The notes under the pieces: model-generated
What the model saw: the letters and a program-made list of their open reading frames with translations, nothing else
The model's database searches: none
What the model was told of the DNA's origin: nothing
DNA from: Rhizodiscina lignyota
Taxonomy: Eukaryota
Assembly: GCA_010015805.1 (NCBI GenBank)
Contig: ML978136.1
Location: 682,001-719,081, forward strand
DNA length: 37,081 bases
Direction of reading: 5' to 3'
Shown: positions 12,657 to 24,259 of the stretch, one piece after another
Layout of the letters: each line of letters starts with the position of its first letter
How positions within the stretch are numbered: position 1 is the stretch's first letter
Made by a program: the position numbers and the translations under genes

Positions 12657-14996
12657 GATCGCGGTGGAATAACCGGCCGAGTCTTACAGCGCAAAATCGA
12701 AGTAGAGCTGTAAAAGGCGCAGCCGAAACTGCTGCGACGCAAAGGAATATGCGCCAAAGCTATAGAGAACAGAGCATATTGGGCACGAAAAGAGGTTGAC
12801 GGGAAGGGGAAAGGAGGTGTTGGAGAAGAACTGAGGAATGCCCTACCATCGCGTTCGGACATGCTATTCTTCTTCTACGATTTCCTAACGAATAGCGTTG
12901 CCAAGGGCGCCTGGTCGATAATTTCCACCACAGCCCGACTCTCCAATACGTTGAGGCTCCCGGACCCCTGCAACCGTTGGAGATTCAGGGCTGGCTGCTA
13001 TTTAAAGTAGTCTCATGCGGCTTGGTTCCAATCGGCAACTTTTTGGCCCCCAACTCCGGTCAGTCACTTGGAATTCTGAACTGCAGTTCTCAATTTATTT
13101 CTCAGGCCTCTCGGACGAAAACGATCTTGAAACCGGAATGCGAGGTTGGGGTACAAGATTCGGTAGCTTTGTTGTTGGTCAGCGTTCTCGCGACAGACTC
13201 CTCTTCCAGCCCTCGACACGGCAACAACCCTCCTGAGCGATAGTTGACAACAAGGCAGCGAGCGACGTATAAGGAAGGACGCCTCTGGAATAGGCAGCAG
13301 CGAAAGATGAATAAATTCGAAATGGAAACCCCGCTGATCTTAATAGAAGAAGAATGTGTAAGGACTTAGTCGCCATCTGGGGCCATGTCGATGGCGTAGC
13401 AGTAACGTGAAAAGGACTAAGTCTTGCCACTCTGTCATCCTATCGACTCATGGGCCCTCGCAACCTCACCATGCGGACATCGCTTGTCTTTAAATCCTCT
13501 GGTCACAACTGATATGCCGGATGCATTATAGATCCGCTACTGCTATTAGTGCACCCACGCGTCCGAAGCTTCGACGGGGGCTTGCATTCTGGATGAGCCT
13601 CTTTCCTATGCACAGTCAGTGTGATTCCAGATTCTACTTGGTCGATTTCGGTTATAGAATAAGCCCATAGGCAGGCCGCAGATGCCATCTACTGCACTGG
13701 TTGCGAAGGTGTTTTGTTTTGTCACGTTTCCTGCCTTCTAAGGAAACTAGCGAATCAGTTGCGCAGACCTGTATCTCTGAGGCGCGGTTGCCATGGAGAG
13801 TTCAAGAGCAAGGGCTGAGTGCAAACTCTTTCAATTCTGGAGGATCCGAGTAATAACTGCTGCTTCTTCATATAAATCGACGAGACACGATGGTGAGCAT
13901 TTAATCGAAGCTTTTGTTGAAGCTGTTGAAGCCTTTGTCAGGCCGACGAGTTTTGCGCCAAGCTTTGGGTACCCTGGACCGCTTAAGCTACCAGTTTCCG
14001 GGTGGGGTAAGGTACCTGCGGAGCACTGCCACGTACCGAATATTTCGCACTGGCAAGTCGCTTTCTATATAACGTCAATCTTACATCGACACTCATCGTA
14101 GGCACTCAGATAACAGTGTGAAAGTCGGGCTAACCTGATATAGTATAGTACAAGCCATTCTTCCACTCACTACATAAGACAGAGCTGGGCGCAGGGTTTA
14201 ACTTTCAAGAGCTGCTACTAACCATAGATAGTATAATCGTTGAGGCTTTGGCTTATGGAGCTAGTCTGAGTTCCTGAGGTAAATCCATGCCAGTTGTTTG
14301 GTCTCAGTTGAGCGCAGACAGCTGCGCACCCACCTTGCGAGCCTTGCGAATCTTGCGAACATCGCCAAGCCCCGGTGCTTAAGGAATCCCCAGTGTCTGA
14401 GGCGGGCTTATCTGCTTGGTCACTCATTTTCGATCATGCATTTGCCAATTGGGACGTCGACGTCGCCATCAACCGTTAGGTTAGAGTCAGAAGCGCTACC
14501 GCAGAGTACAGGAAGCATGTTATAACCGGAACCGCCCCACTCCATCCGCAGTTGTCTGTCGTGTCAAAAGTGTCAAAGCATTGGGGGTTCTTTATTCTGG
14601 GGATGACGAATTTAGATCATCTTTATTGTACTTTGCTGTACTTATTATCGTGCGCCGCGTGCGACTTGTATATAGAGGCCGTCTGCATTGCGTTACCGCT
14701 AGTTGACTCTACTAGGTTCGTACATGTTTCTTATTATTCTACTTTTACTATACTAGCCTCTTGAAATCTCACCGTCAATTTCACCGCTGCAATCGTGATT
14801 TGCACGAAATAGCATCCATCGTTGTTGGAGTGCTCCAAGTTTGAGCCGCTCGAGTGGATCAGATTCACGAATACGTTTATTCAGCTCAGCCAGCCTGTCC
14901 GACCTGCTTGCCCTTAATATTATCATTTATGTCATATATTTGATTCCTTCGTCCTCCAATTGTGGTCTGCGAATCGCCCTGCGGCGTGGAACGAAG

Positions 14997-17133
14997 ATGT
15001 ACAAGTGGATAATCACCCTTCTGGCTGCTACGGCTGTCATACGACATGTCGATGCAATCAATGGCGGACATAGCGCCAAGTATCGAATGATGGCAAACGT
15101 GGGCCTAAACCCTGATGGCAGTCCAGCCGCCAAAGCAGTGAGGTCGATTGGAAGATAGGATAGCGAGGCGAGACGTCTACTTGTCCGACAGTCGTCCAAC
15201 TCAACAGAGAACATTAGGCCTGAGTTCGTCCGCATACCACTGAATCATTTTGTGAGTAATCTTTCTTACGTTTGCAATATTCCTTCGCTGGGATCACGGA
15301 ATTCACCACTGTCCGTGTTTTCAAGCTCCTCGGGAGTTTCAGCTCAGTTGCAAATGCATTTATTCCACCATTAGATCCTTATTGATGACAGCCCAAACTT
15401 AGAACTCTACTAACATTGTCAATGTGCCTCAGGCAGATGGCACAGCCAGTGGCGAGTTGTATTCCAATCGTTTTTGGGTTGCCGAGTCTGGGTACAAACC
15501 AGGAGGCCCAGTTTTTCTCTTCGATGTCGGAGAGAGCGAGGCGGCGTCAAGCGTACAATCCCAACTGCAGGACCCAACATCATTCTTCAAGCAAATTGTA
15601 GACCAATTCGGTGGCATTGGCATTGTTTGGGAGCATCGATTTTACGGCAGTTCCACCCCCTTCAACATAACCACCAGTACGCCTGCCACGCACTTCAAGT
15701 ATCTCACCATCGAGCAAGCGCTAGCAGATGTTGTATTTTTTGCATCCCAGTTTTCGCGCCCTAGCATGCCGGACGTGGACCTGACTCCTACTGGAACTCC
15801 GTGGGTCTTCCTTGGTGCCAGCTATTCCGGCACTCGTGCAGCGTTCATGCGAAACTTCTATCCAAAAACAATAACTGCATCATATGCGTCTTCCGCTCCT
15901 GTTCAAGCGTCTATCGACATGTCTTTTTACTTCGAGCCTGTATGGCAAGGTATGAACCACTACGGATTTGGCAACTGCACCAAAGATATCCAGGCCGCAA
16001 CGCAAGCAATGGACATGATCATGGAAGATTCCACCGCTGCTGCGGATCTGAAAGAGACGTTCTTTGGTCCTGAAGCACGAAATAACTCCAATGCCGGCAT
16101 GGCTGATGCGCTTGCGAGTCTCTTTCCCCAGTTTCAGAGTTTCGGGGTCGAAGGCGGTTCTGAAAGTTTACGTTCCTTTTGCGAATGGATGGAAACAGAC
16201 CCCAAGACAAACGCAACCGCTCCATCGGAGGGCTTTGCTCCGTCGAAAGGCGTGAACTATACGATCAATAGATGGTCGTCGTGGCCATTCATGGTATCAA
16301 CGGTAAACGATAACCTCGAGACTAACTGCAAAGGTAAGCCAAACTATTCGCGGCATACAATGTCCCTTACACTTGCTACCTCTTGGAAAGTTCGAGAGCG
16401 TATGAAGTCTATCGGCACTGCATTGGGAGGATGTTCACAAAGAAGTGTCGTAGTCTGCTTCACTTTGAGAGACCTCAGGTGTACTAACAAAAGTCTCCCA
16501 TTAGGCACCGACAACACTACCGCCACGAGTTGTCTGTTTGAATCCATAGCCACTGATGCTGATAGCATTGCCTGGGCATGGCAGCATTGCACACAATGGG
16601 GCTTCCTCCCGTACGCCAACCTCGGTCCACATCAGCTGATTAGCAAATATAACGACCTTCAGCATCAGCTTGATATATGCCAACGTCAATTTCCCGACGG
16701 CAAAGCCAGCGGACTCCTTCCATTGGTCCCACAAGCTGACAAAACAAATGCTTTCTTCGGCGGGTGGACGATTCGGCCGTCGAATACATTTTGGTCCGGT
16801 GGCGAGTTCGATCCATGGAGGACGCTTTCTCCGCTATCTGATGAGTGGTTCGCACCGAATGTAACCGAGGAGCAGGCCATTCCAAGCTGCGGCGCGGCGA
16901 CGTCTGAAGATAAGATCTTTAGCTACACCATGCCAGATGCTGAGCATGGTTTTGACCTTGGCCGTGGCACAACATTCCCTGCAGATGCACCCTCGCGAGA
17001 GTTTTTCACCGATGCTTTGAGTCAGTGGTTGGAGTGCTGGAAGAAGGGAGTGCAACCAGAAGATCCGGCCTCCATCTTACGCCATGGGGGGAGTGGATTT
17101 GCGCTGCAGAGAAATGTCACTGTTAGGGCTTGA
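14997..17133 (+). CDS. Secreted S28 serine peptidase (prolyl carboxypeptidase-like) with an in-frame TAG at 15156-15158; exons 14997-15251, 15433-16333, 16505-17133; possible pseudogene or recoded gene
   Basis: Signal peptide MYKWIITLLAATAV; PEFVRIPLNHF|..NRFWV..YKPGGPVFLFDVGE, WEHRFYGSS, LTIEQALAD, GASYSG (Ser), DPW (Asp), AEHGFD (His); both introns have TACTAAC branch sites. Confidence 0.88.
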
Positions 17134-17653
17134 AGATACAGAGTCAAAGTGAAGAAAGTAATAATAGAGTGTGCTATTGATCAGGAAGAATGAACAGGCG
17201 TTCCGGATGCGGTCCTTGCTAGATTTAGCTTAACTTTAACTGGCAGACACCCAGAAGAGGGATGTATGATGTGAATAGAAGCTTATGCTTACAACAGTCA
17301 ACAATAATGTCCAATTATCTGAAGAGGTTCTGATATGGTTCAAAATTACTTCTGCTAAACCTTAATCTCCATTGTCCTCAATATAATTCCCCGACTGGCC
17401 GCGCATTGATGGAACCAGCTACAATGGCATCGGCACCGTCCGGGTTCCGAGTCGGACAGCCCCGAAAACGATCGCTGAAGCTCTGTAGTGGACTATTCCG
17501 TCTCCCCGGAGAATCTCTGAAGGTATCTACGCAAGCTCCACTGCGCGACTTCTAGGTCTTGGATACCTAATGTTTAGCGCTATAAGAGCGCTGACTGCAA
17601 CCCTCTCCCGCCTCAGCTACACCATGCTCGTAATTTGGAATCAAATAAGCATC

Positions 17654-18116
17654 TCAATCGTCCCGTGATATTCCCAGCATTCCAGCAAACTCCGCCAACG
17701 CCGCCAGCAAGGTAACGGCCAACGCCGCGAACTGCCCGTCAGCAGTTAAATGTGTAAATGCACTAAGTCATCGATATATTAGACATGGCTTCAGCAAACT
17801 TGAATGTGTGACTGGGTGCCGGCTTAACTTACAGATACCACTCCTCGACACTATGATCCCGAAGAACCACCACCATCTGCCTTGCCCGTTCTGTTTCTTC
17901 TTCCTTATTCACACCGTTGCTGGAGAGTAGAAGAATCAGGCGTGAAACGCTCTTCCGAAACGACGCAAAGTGTGTGTACCAGGCACTCCTCGAATGTTGA
18001 TTCCGACTTCTAGAGTGCAGGGTGGCCAACAGTTCTTCAAGATTCCGGAGGCGTGGGATGAGCGTCGGTGCTTGTTGTTGCAAGTCGATGGCCGGGATCT
18101 GTGATGTTTGAGGCAT
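17654..18116 (-). CDS. RMP1: RNase MRP protein subunit Rmp1-like, short form of about 130 aa; exons 18116-17833 and 17762-17654
   Basis: LHSRSRNQHSRSAWYTHFASFRK and spliced WYLAFTHLTADGQFAALAVTLLAALA match the Rmp1 N-terminal pattern (HRNKNQH..WW; YxAFxxLxADxQFxxLG); GTAAGT..TAG intron. Confidence 0.75.
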
Positions 18117-20758
18117 TTTGAAGGCCTGCGCGTTGAAAGATGGGAAATTTCCGAACCTCGTGCTGGTGCTTGAGGTCTTCGCCGGGAACTCGAGTGCTGT
18201 TGCTCCACGAAGTGATAGAAGTAACGGACAGCTTTGAGGGCGAAAAGCGGGTTAGTGGGGGGTGTTGAGAACAGATTGGCGGGATACACAGATATCGCAG
18301 GGAAGCGTGTTGAGCATTGATGCCAATAGGTTGCGCTATGTGGTATTGTCCACCCCCAAGTTGAACTGTTGTTACAGAGAGCCCCTCTTTCCGGTCACAC
18401 AAACCACCCACAAACTGCCAAAAATATACCAAAATTTTGATGTTTGATCGTTGCGGCCTATTTGAGTCGATACGTCTCGATAAACTTCGTCAGCAGTTTG
18501 ATGACGAGGCTTTACTAATATCGTATGCGCTTCTGAAGAGTGCATGAGGCTCCCTGCGCTAGATGGTGACTCCAAACTCGAAAGCTACGCACGCCGGTAG
18601 GGGCACAACAACGACGATATGGTAGCGAGAATTGCTGAGGAGAGATTTGAAAGATTTAGAGAAAAGCGAGACGCGAAACCCAGGGTTGATGTGAGCACCG
18701 TCGCCACTGAGGGTAGAAACTTGGATGGAATGTCGGTCACCCTCCTTCTTGCGCACCCCGCTCTAGCGTAGATCTTAACGACGACAGCGATCCTCAGGCG
18801 ATCATCTTCCTTTGCCACGCAGATGAGTATAGTTGCTCTGGATAGAGATTGAATTGCTTAATTGCGATGTGACAGGGTGGTGGAGGTCGGCAAATCGGAC
18901 GAACTGCCGAAGGAGATCCACTTTAAATCTCGACGCGACGACGACCCCTTTCCTGCCATTATCCATCAAAGATACCACCACAATTAATGAAACGGCTCCC
19001 TGGTGCTCCTGCTGGATGTTACGTTGTTCAAGCTGCACTCTCGCTGAAGCTGTAGCGTAAAAAGAGCTTGGAATTAGAAAGCAAACGGAGTGTCTGATTC
19101 CCTCAACGACCACCGGCCGCTGGACGGAATCCGCCTGTTGTCAACTGTACGGCTCTACGAGCACCTGCTGGTGTGTGGCTTAAAGCTACACGATCTAAAG
19201 CGCGACGACTTTGAAGCGTCGATTATACTCTGAGCGGAATCTCCACGAGTCTTAGAACTTAGACATTCGAGCATTAATAGCGCAGCAGGCAGAATATCCA
19301 CATCACCGATCTGACAGGCTTGCGAGCATTCCCTATACTCTGGACGGAGTTTCAAAGGCCTTGGATGTACACCTGTTTGAGCATCAATTGCAAAGTAGAC
19401 GGAATTCAGACGACCTGGAGTTTCACGGCTTCTGAACATCGATCTAAGGCCGACCGGAATCCCCGAGGCATGAAAGATATAGGAACTATAGCCAGCACCG
19501 GACCGGATGAATCTGTATAGGCCGAACCCTGATGACGCATGAGCATCTATGCAAGGCGAAATATAATCTCCAAACCGCAATAGCATTACGACTACGGCTC
19601 TAATACGAGGCTAAATGGAACCTGCCGAAACGCAAGGCCCATGACTTCCGAGCATCAATGACAGATTGGATCAGATCTCCAGGCCATTAAGTGCACAGGA
19701 GTTGCAGCACCGATGCTACTATGAGCAGAATTCGCACAGCCACAAGATTCATGGCTTCTGAGCCCCAGCGCGAAGCCGAATGGAATCTCCAAACCTCCAA
19801 GCGTACAGGGCTTCAGGTATCGATATCAGCATCAACAGAATCCCATTTGCGCCAAGTTTAGCGGCCTCAAAGCTTCAATAGCAAGCTCGATAGGATGTAC
19901 ACACCCTGAAGCACACAGATCGTCGAGCGTCAGTGGCACCCTCAGCGGAACATCCAGCTCTCCAGATGCACAGGCAATCCAGCAACAACAGAAGAGGAAG
20001 TGGCATCCTTAATGCCTTGATTCCTATTGTTTCCTAGCATCTATTGTCTCAGGGCATGCCGTTGTACATCCGCATTTCCCATGCCGTTCGAGCATCGAGC
20101 ACAACCCTAGTCGTATCCATTCAAACCCAGTTACCCTGATATTATATCATCAAACTTACGTTGCATAGACCATCTTCGATCCCAAGTATAGCAGAAGTCC
20201 AAACAAGGGCATATTAATGCCAGCGTGCTTCAAGGACTCTGGCGACAATGTTGAAACATATATTCGCCGACGAATTCGTATCAGTAAATGAAAGAATGAC
20301 TTTGCAAATGCGGAATGAGGAACAGGTAAACGAAAGGACAGACAAAATGCTTACAAAGTTGTAGGAGAAACTGTCTCACGGCTTGAAAACGTTCATGAAG
20401 ACAAGACATACGCAAGATTGTATGGAAAACTGTCTCGCAGGCTGTCTGAATGGCCTGCGATGTGACATACATATTGCGACACACAAATTTATATGAGAAA
20501 TCATGTTGAGTCACATTTCAAAGCATTTTGTGCACGTTTTTTTTGTCATTGATTTCCTGTATTTGAGTCTATCTACGAGACTCATGTCTCGTCGTGGAAA
20601 TTCTGGTATTGTACATGCAATTGCCCACCATGGGCACATTGATTCGTGAGTCATCAGCAAAAATGTAAGACATCAGCAAAAACAGCGCAGGTTAGCTAGC
20701 CATGCAGTGCAGAAAAAGAAAGAGAAGGGGAAAAGGAAAGAAGAGAGAGCGGTGTTCG

Positions 20759-22439
20759 CTAGAAGTTGAAGCGGGCCAGCAAGCGATCCAGCAGGTCGTC
20801 GTCCATCTGGGCGCGGGCGACCAGGTCGCGCAACCTGTGCATGCGCTCGGCGCGGGTTGGGGGACGCGAGGAGCCAGCAGGGTGGCCGAGGTCGTACATG
20901 TCGTTGTGCGGGCGTGCTCCGATCGGACGGGCGCGCGGGTACAAGCCCTCGGTCTGCGCGCGCTGCATGCTGCGCTGGTGACGGGACTCGTTGTTTGGTG
21001 GCGGGAATTGGCATTCCTGGCCCGCGATCTCTGGGCCGTCCAGGTAGGTGAAGAATAGCTGTGCACTGGGATTAACTGAAGCAATAGTTCGAAAAAGATT
21101 GAATGAAGGGGAAGCTTACGTGTGGGCGATGGGCAGGGTGCTCGTCCATGATGGCACTGTTGCGGAAGTGCTCGACAAGACTCTCCTGTCCCTGGAGAGT
21201 GGCGTAGGACATCTGGAGGACCTTGTGTCCAGGGAAGCCGGGCATTGGCTGGCCCTGCCAGCCGCGCAGGAAGCTCATCATGTCTTCTGGCGAGGCGAAG
21301 TCGATGAAGGCGTAGCCGACATTGTTGCCAGTCCTGAAGTCCGTGCGGAGATAGACGAAAGAGAAGCGGCCGAAGCTGGACGTGCGCAGCAAGCCCAAAA
21401 CATGCTCAAGTGTGGCATTGTTGGGGATGTTGCGGAGCATGACCGTGGTGCGGACGTCTTGACCACTCACGATCGCCGGCAGATAGATGCTGTTGCTGGC
21501 GTTTGCAGCCCGGTTGTTTCGGCCGTAGCCACGGCTTGACTGGACGAATGAGGTGCGAGTTGGCGTGCTTGGCAACGAGCTGAAGTGTGAAGGGCGTGTT
21601 GGTGTCTGCGGGAACGAGGCGCGGGCCGGCGAGCCGGAGCCGGAGCCAGAGCCAGGGCGGACGTTGAGGGGATCGTTCATGTCCGCGATGCGGATTCCGG
21701 CGTGATTCTCATGGAAGTCCCTCCTGAGCTGAGCAATCATGGTTGGAGTTGGGATGGCGTCGTCGAGATTGGCAACGACCATGCCTGGGGGAGAAGCCCT
21801 GGAGCTTGATGCGACAGCCGCGGCAGTGGAGCTTGGTCCAGCTGCAGTGCTGGGGCGCGAATTGGCAATGTCGTCGTCCTGCTGAGCTGGGCTCGGATCG
21901 GCGACGAAGAACCAAGAAGGATCCGGGCCATGGAAGCGAGGAAGCATCACTTCCGGCTGGTCGGGAAGAAGGCAGGCCTTGTAAGAGCGCATGAAGTTGA
22001 CGGCAGCGTCCTTGTTCGGGAAGACCAGCTTGGTGACATAGATGCCATCTTTCTCGCAAAGATAGCGGTGATGGACTTCTGGATCATGGTGGTACCGCAA
22101 GATACCGTTGTCGAAGAGCGGGGTGGGCATGATGGTCTTGTTGACGTATTCGAAGACGAGAGTCTTGGACATGACATGATGGTGGTAGCGGACCTGGTCG
22201 CGCCAGTCTCCAGGCTTGCGGAGCTCCCTGGCTGCGTCGCCTTGGAGCTGAGAAGCGTAGGGAGGATGGCCGACTTTGTAGTACGCCGCGCCAAGGAACT
22301 GGTTGAATGCAAGGGGCTCGATGATCGCACCCTCTTCGTCGCCGTCAGTGAAGGTGACTGCGACGGTGAGGCATCCGGTGTCGGGAGAAGCATAGGTGGT
22401 GAACGCATCGGCGGCGTTGGGAACGAAGCGGTAAGCCAT
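20759..22439 (-). CDS. Mei2-like RNA-binding protein with C-terminal RRM3 (RRM_2 type); exons 22439-21120 and 21058-20759, about 539 aa
   Basis: DVRTTVMLRNIPN, FVYLRTDFRTGNNVGYAFIDF, SYATLQGQESLVEHFRNSAIM and spliced RPH|LFFT..AGQECQFPPPNN..RSMQRAQTEGLY are the Mei2 RRM3 plus fungal C-terminal extension; GTAAGC..CAG intron. Confidence 0.88.
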
Positions 22440-22690
22440 GTCGACAGAAGATGCTGAGGAGCAAAGTACGGTGCAAGAAGTGGATGGCGACTGCATTGTC
22501 CAAACAGACCGTCAGTAAGCAAGAACAAGAAGATGCCCAAGACTCAAGAGGTAAATGCAAGAGTGATGGAGGCAAAAGATGTTGCAGGCCAAATTGGAGT
22601 AAGTGAAATGAAGAGAGGAAGAGACGGAAGGGAGTGTGGTGGGTTGAAATAGAAAGAAGAAGAGCAAGGTTAAGTGATGTGTGAGTGGTA

Positions 22691-22964
22691 GACGACATTT
22701 AAAAGAGAAGGGACAAGTGAGGAGTGGGTCATGGATGTGGGCCATGGATGATGCAAGACATGGAATAGGGAAGGGATGAACATGGTGTGGCGAGGCAAGA
22801 TATTGAAGACGGAAGGGCCAAGTGATGGACGACATGGTGAAGGGAAGGGGCAAGTGCGGGGCGACATGGAAAGAGGAGGGGCCTACAGGGGTGTGCATGG
22901 ATGATGTTCAAGAGGGAAGGTACAAGAGGAGTGCGACGGCAATGGAAAGAGGGAAGGGACGACA
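22691..22964. repeat. Degenerate tandem array, about 7 copies of an approx. 30-bp purine-rich unit (consensus about GACGACATGGAAAGAGGGAAGGGRCAAGTG on +)
   Basis: Copies start near 22691, 22754, 22796, 22828, 22860, 22900, 22935, aligned by eye. Confidence 0.6.
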
Positions 22965-23150
22965 ATGGGAGACTGCAGCGACGAAGAAAGAAATGACGAA
23001 CCTCGATAGCAAGTTCAGGTCGTGGCTTAAAGCTGCGCAGCGAAGATGCTTGGTGGAGAAGCTGATAGTGCGTAAAAGAGCAAGGGTAAGCGATTGCTGT
23101 TTTAGGTACTGACGAAGAAGAGAAGGAACGAGGGTTCGAAAGACGAGCGA

Positions 23151-23160
23151 AATATATATA
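23151..23160 (-). promoter_or_regulatory. Candidate TATA box for the Mei2-like gene
   Basis: TATATATATT on the minus strand, followed by a long CT-rich leader running to the ATG. Confidence 0.4.
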
Positions 23161-24259
23161 CTCTTGCACCGACAGGGGTCGTCTCCGCATCGTCCAGGAT
23201 CCCGGGGCTATTCGCGACCAAAATCGTACCATATGGAACCAGCCTAGCCCAGAACGAGATGATGTGGGCCCGTTGAATATGGTATGAACTTTGTTCAGAC
23301 TTGCTTGGAGTCGCTGGAGTGGACAGCGACGGTCTGCCTCACGACTCTTCCCTCGCGGTATTCCACCACACCACGCAACAACCGCAACGTCTTTTTTTGT
23401 GTACTCGACGGGGACAGCTTTATAAAGGTCTGGGAGTTTTTCTACTATTTATTTTCTCTATACAATGGTTGTGGATGGTTATGGCAGGGTGGTGGTTTTG
23501 ACGCTGGCAGACAACTTGGAACTTCATTTGGCGTCTTCTTCAGATCGTCTTGAGAACCACGCTAGATCTGCAACGCTAATGCAAGGTACACGCCACTAGT
23601 ATACCCTGCTGGCTTTCGGTCCAATTTCCCATTCCCAGAAATTTCACGTCCTTGTGCAAATGAGCAGAATGCTGCAGAACGCATCCGATTTACCAGACGG
23701 TAGAACGTAGCTGGCCATTCCAATTGTCCTGCGCCAAAATTGGCATTGGTTAAAATGCAATTGCGTGTAAATATCAAGCCTTTCATCTCTTTTCGGCGTC
23801 GTCCTGCCATGAAATGGGATTGGAAGTGTGGTGACAGGGATTATGCAATGTGCTCTTAGCGTGCAGGCACCGTTGGCGCATGCGGTTATGCACGTCACCT
23901 GCTCGGCGAGATCCGAGCCGCCGCTTGCACCCCTGTCGGTGGAGGCTCTCGCAAACGTTATTGCAACTTCAAGATAGCAGCGACATCAAAGTTCGCATTT
24001 GACGTCCACCCTCTCAATAAAGACTCTCCCATTTGTTGGTGTCGAGCTTCTACATGCTTGTCTCATACCCACGACGTTGAGCACATCCCAATTACCCTTT
24101 TCTACATCGACCTATCGCCACTCGAACAAGAACCGCGATTTCAAAAGTAAAGTGAGCACTGCGAGCGATCCCAGAGACCCGGTCCAGAGCACCCGTCCCC
24201 TGTACGATCGCCCGGTACTGGTGTCTGTGGCGCTTTTAGCGTCCCAACAACTGGTCACG

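Noticed and set aside
12900..14900. Short ORFs and a CTTGCGA x3 repeat near 14334-14359
   Set aside because: No coding signature; the repeat is too short to be meaningful
17261..17335. Possible box C/D snoRNA (ATGATGT ... TCTGA)
   Set aside because: Imperfect C box, no terminal stem or recognisable guide; lies in a convergent 3' region
22440..22496. ORF-track start MQSPSTSC for the Mei2-like protein
   Set aside because: The ATG overlaps a likely splice acceptor (ATGCAG); ATG 22439 is more plausible
22691..22964. CRISPR-like interpretation of the repeat array
   Set aside because: Eukaryotic context, degenerate units, no regular unique spacers, no cas genes
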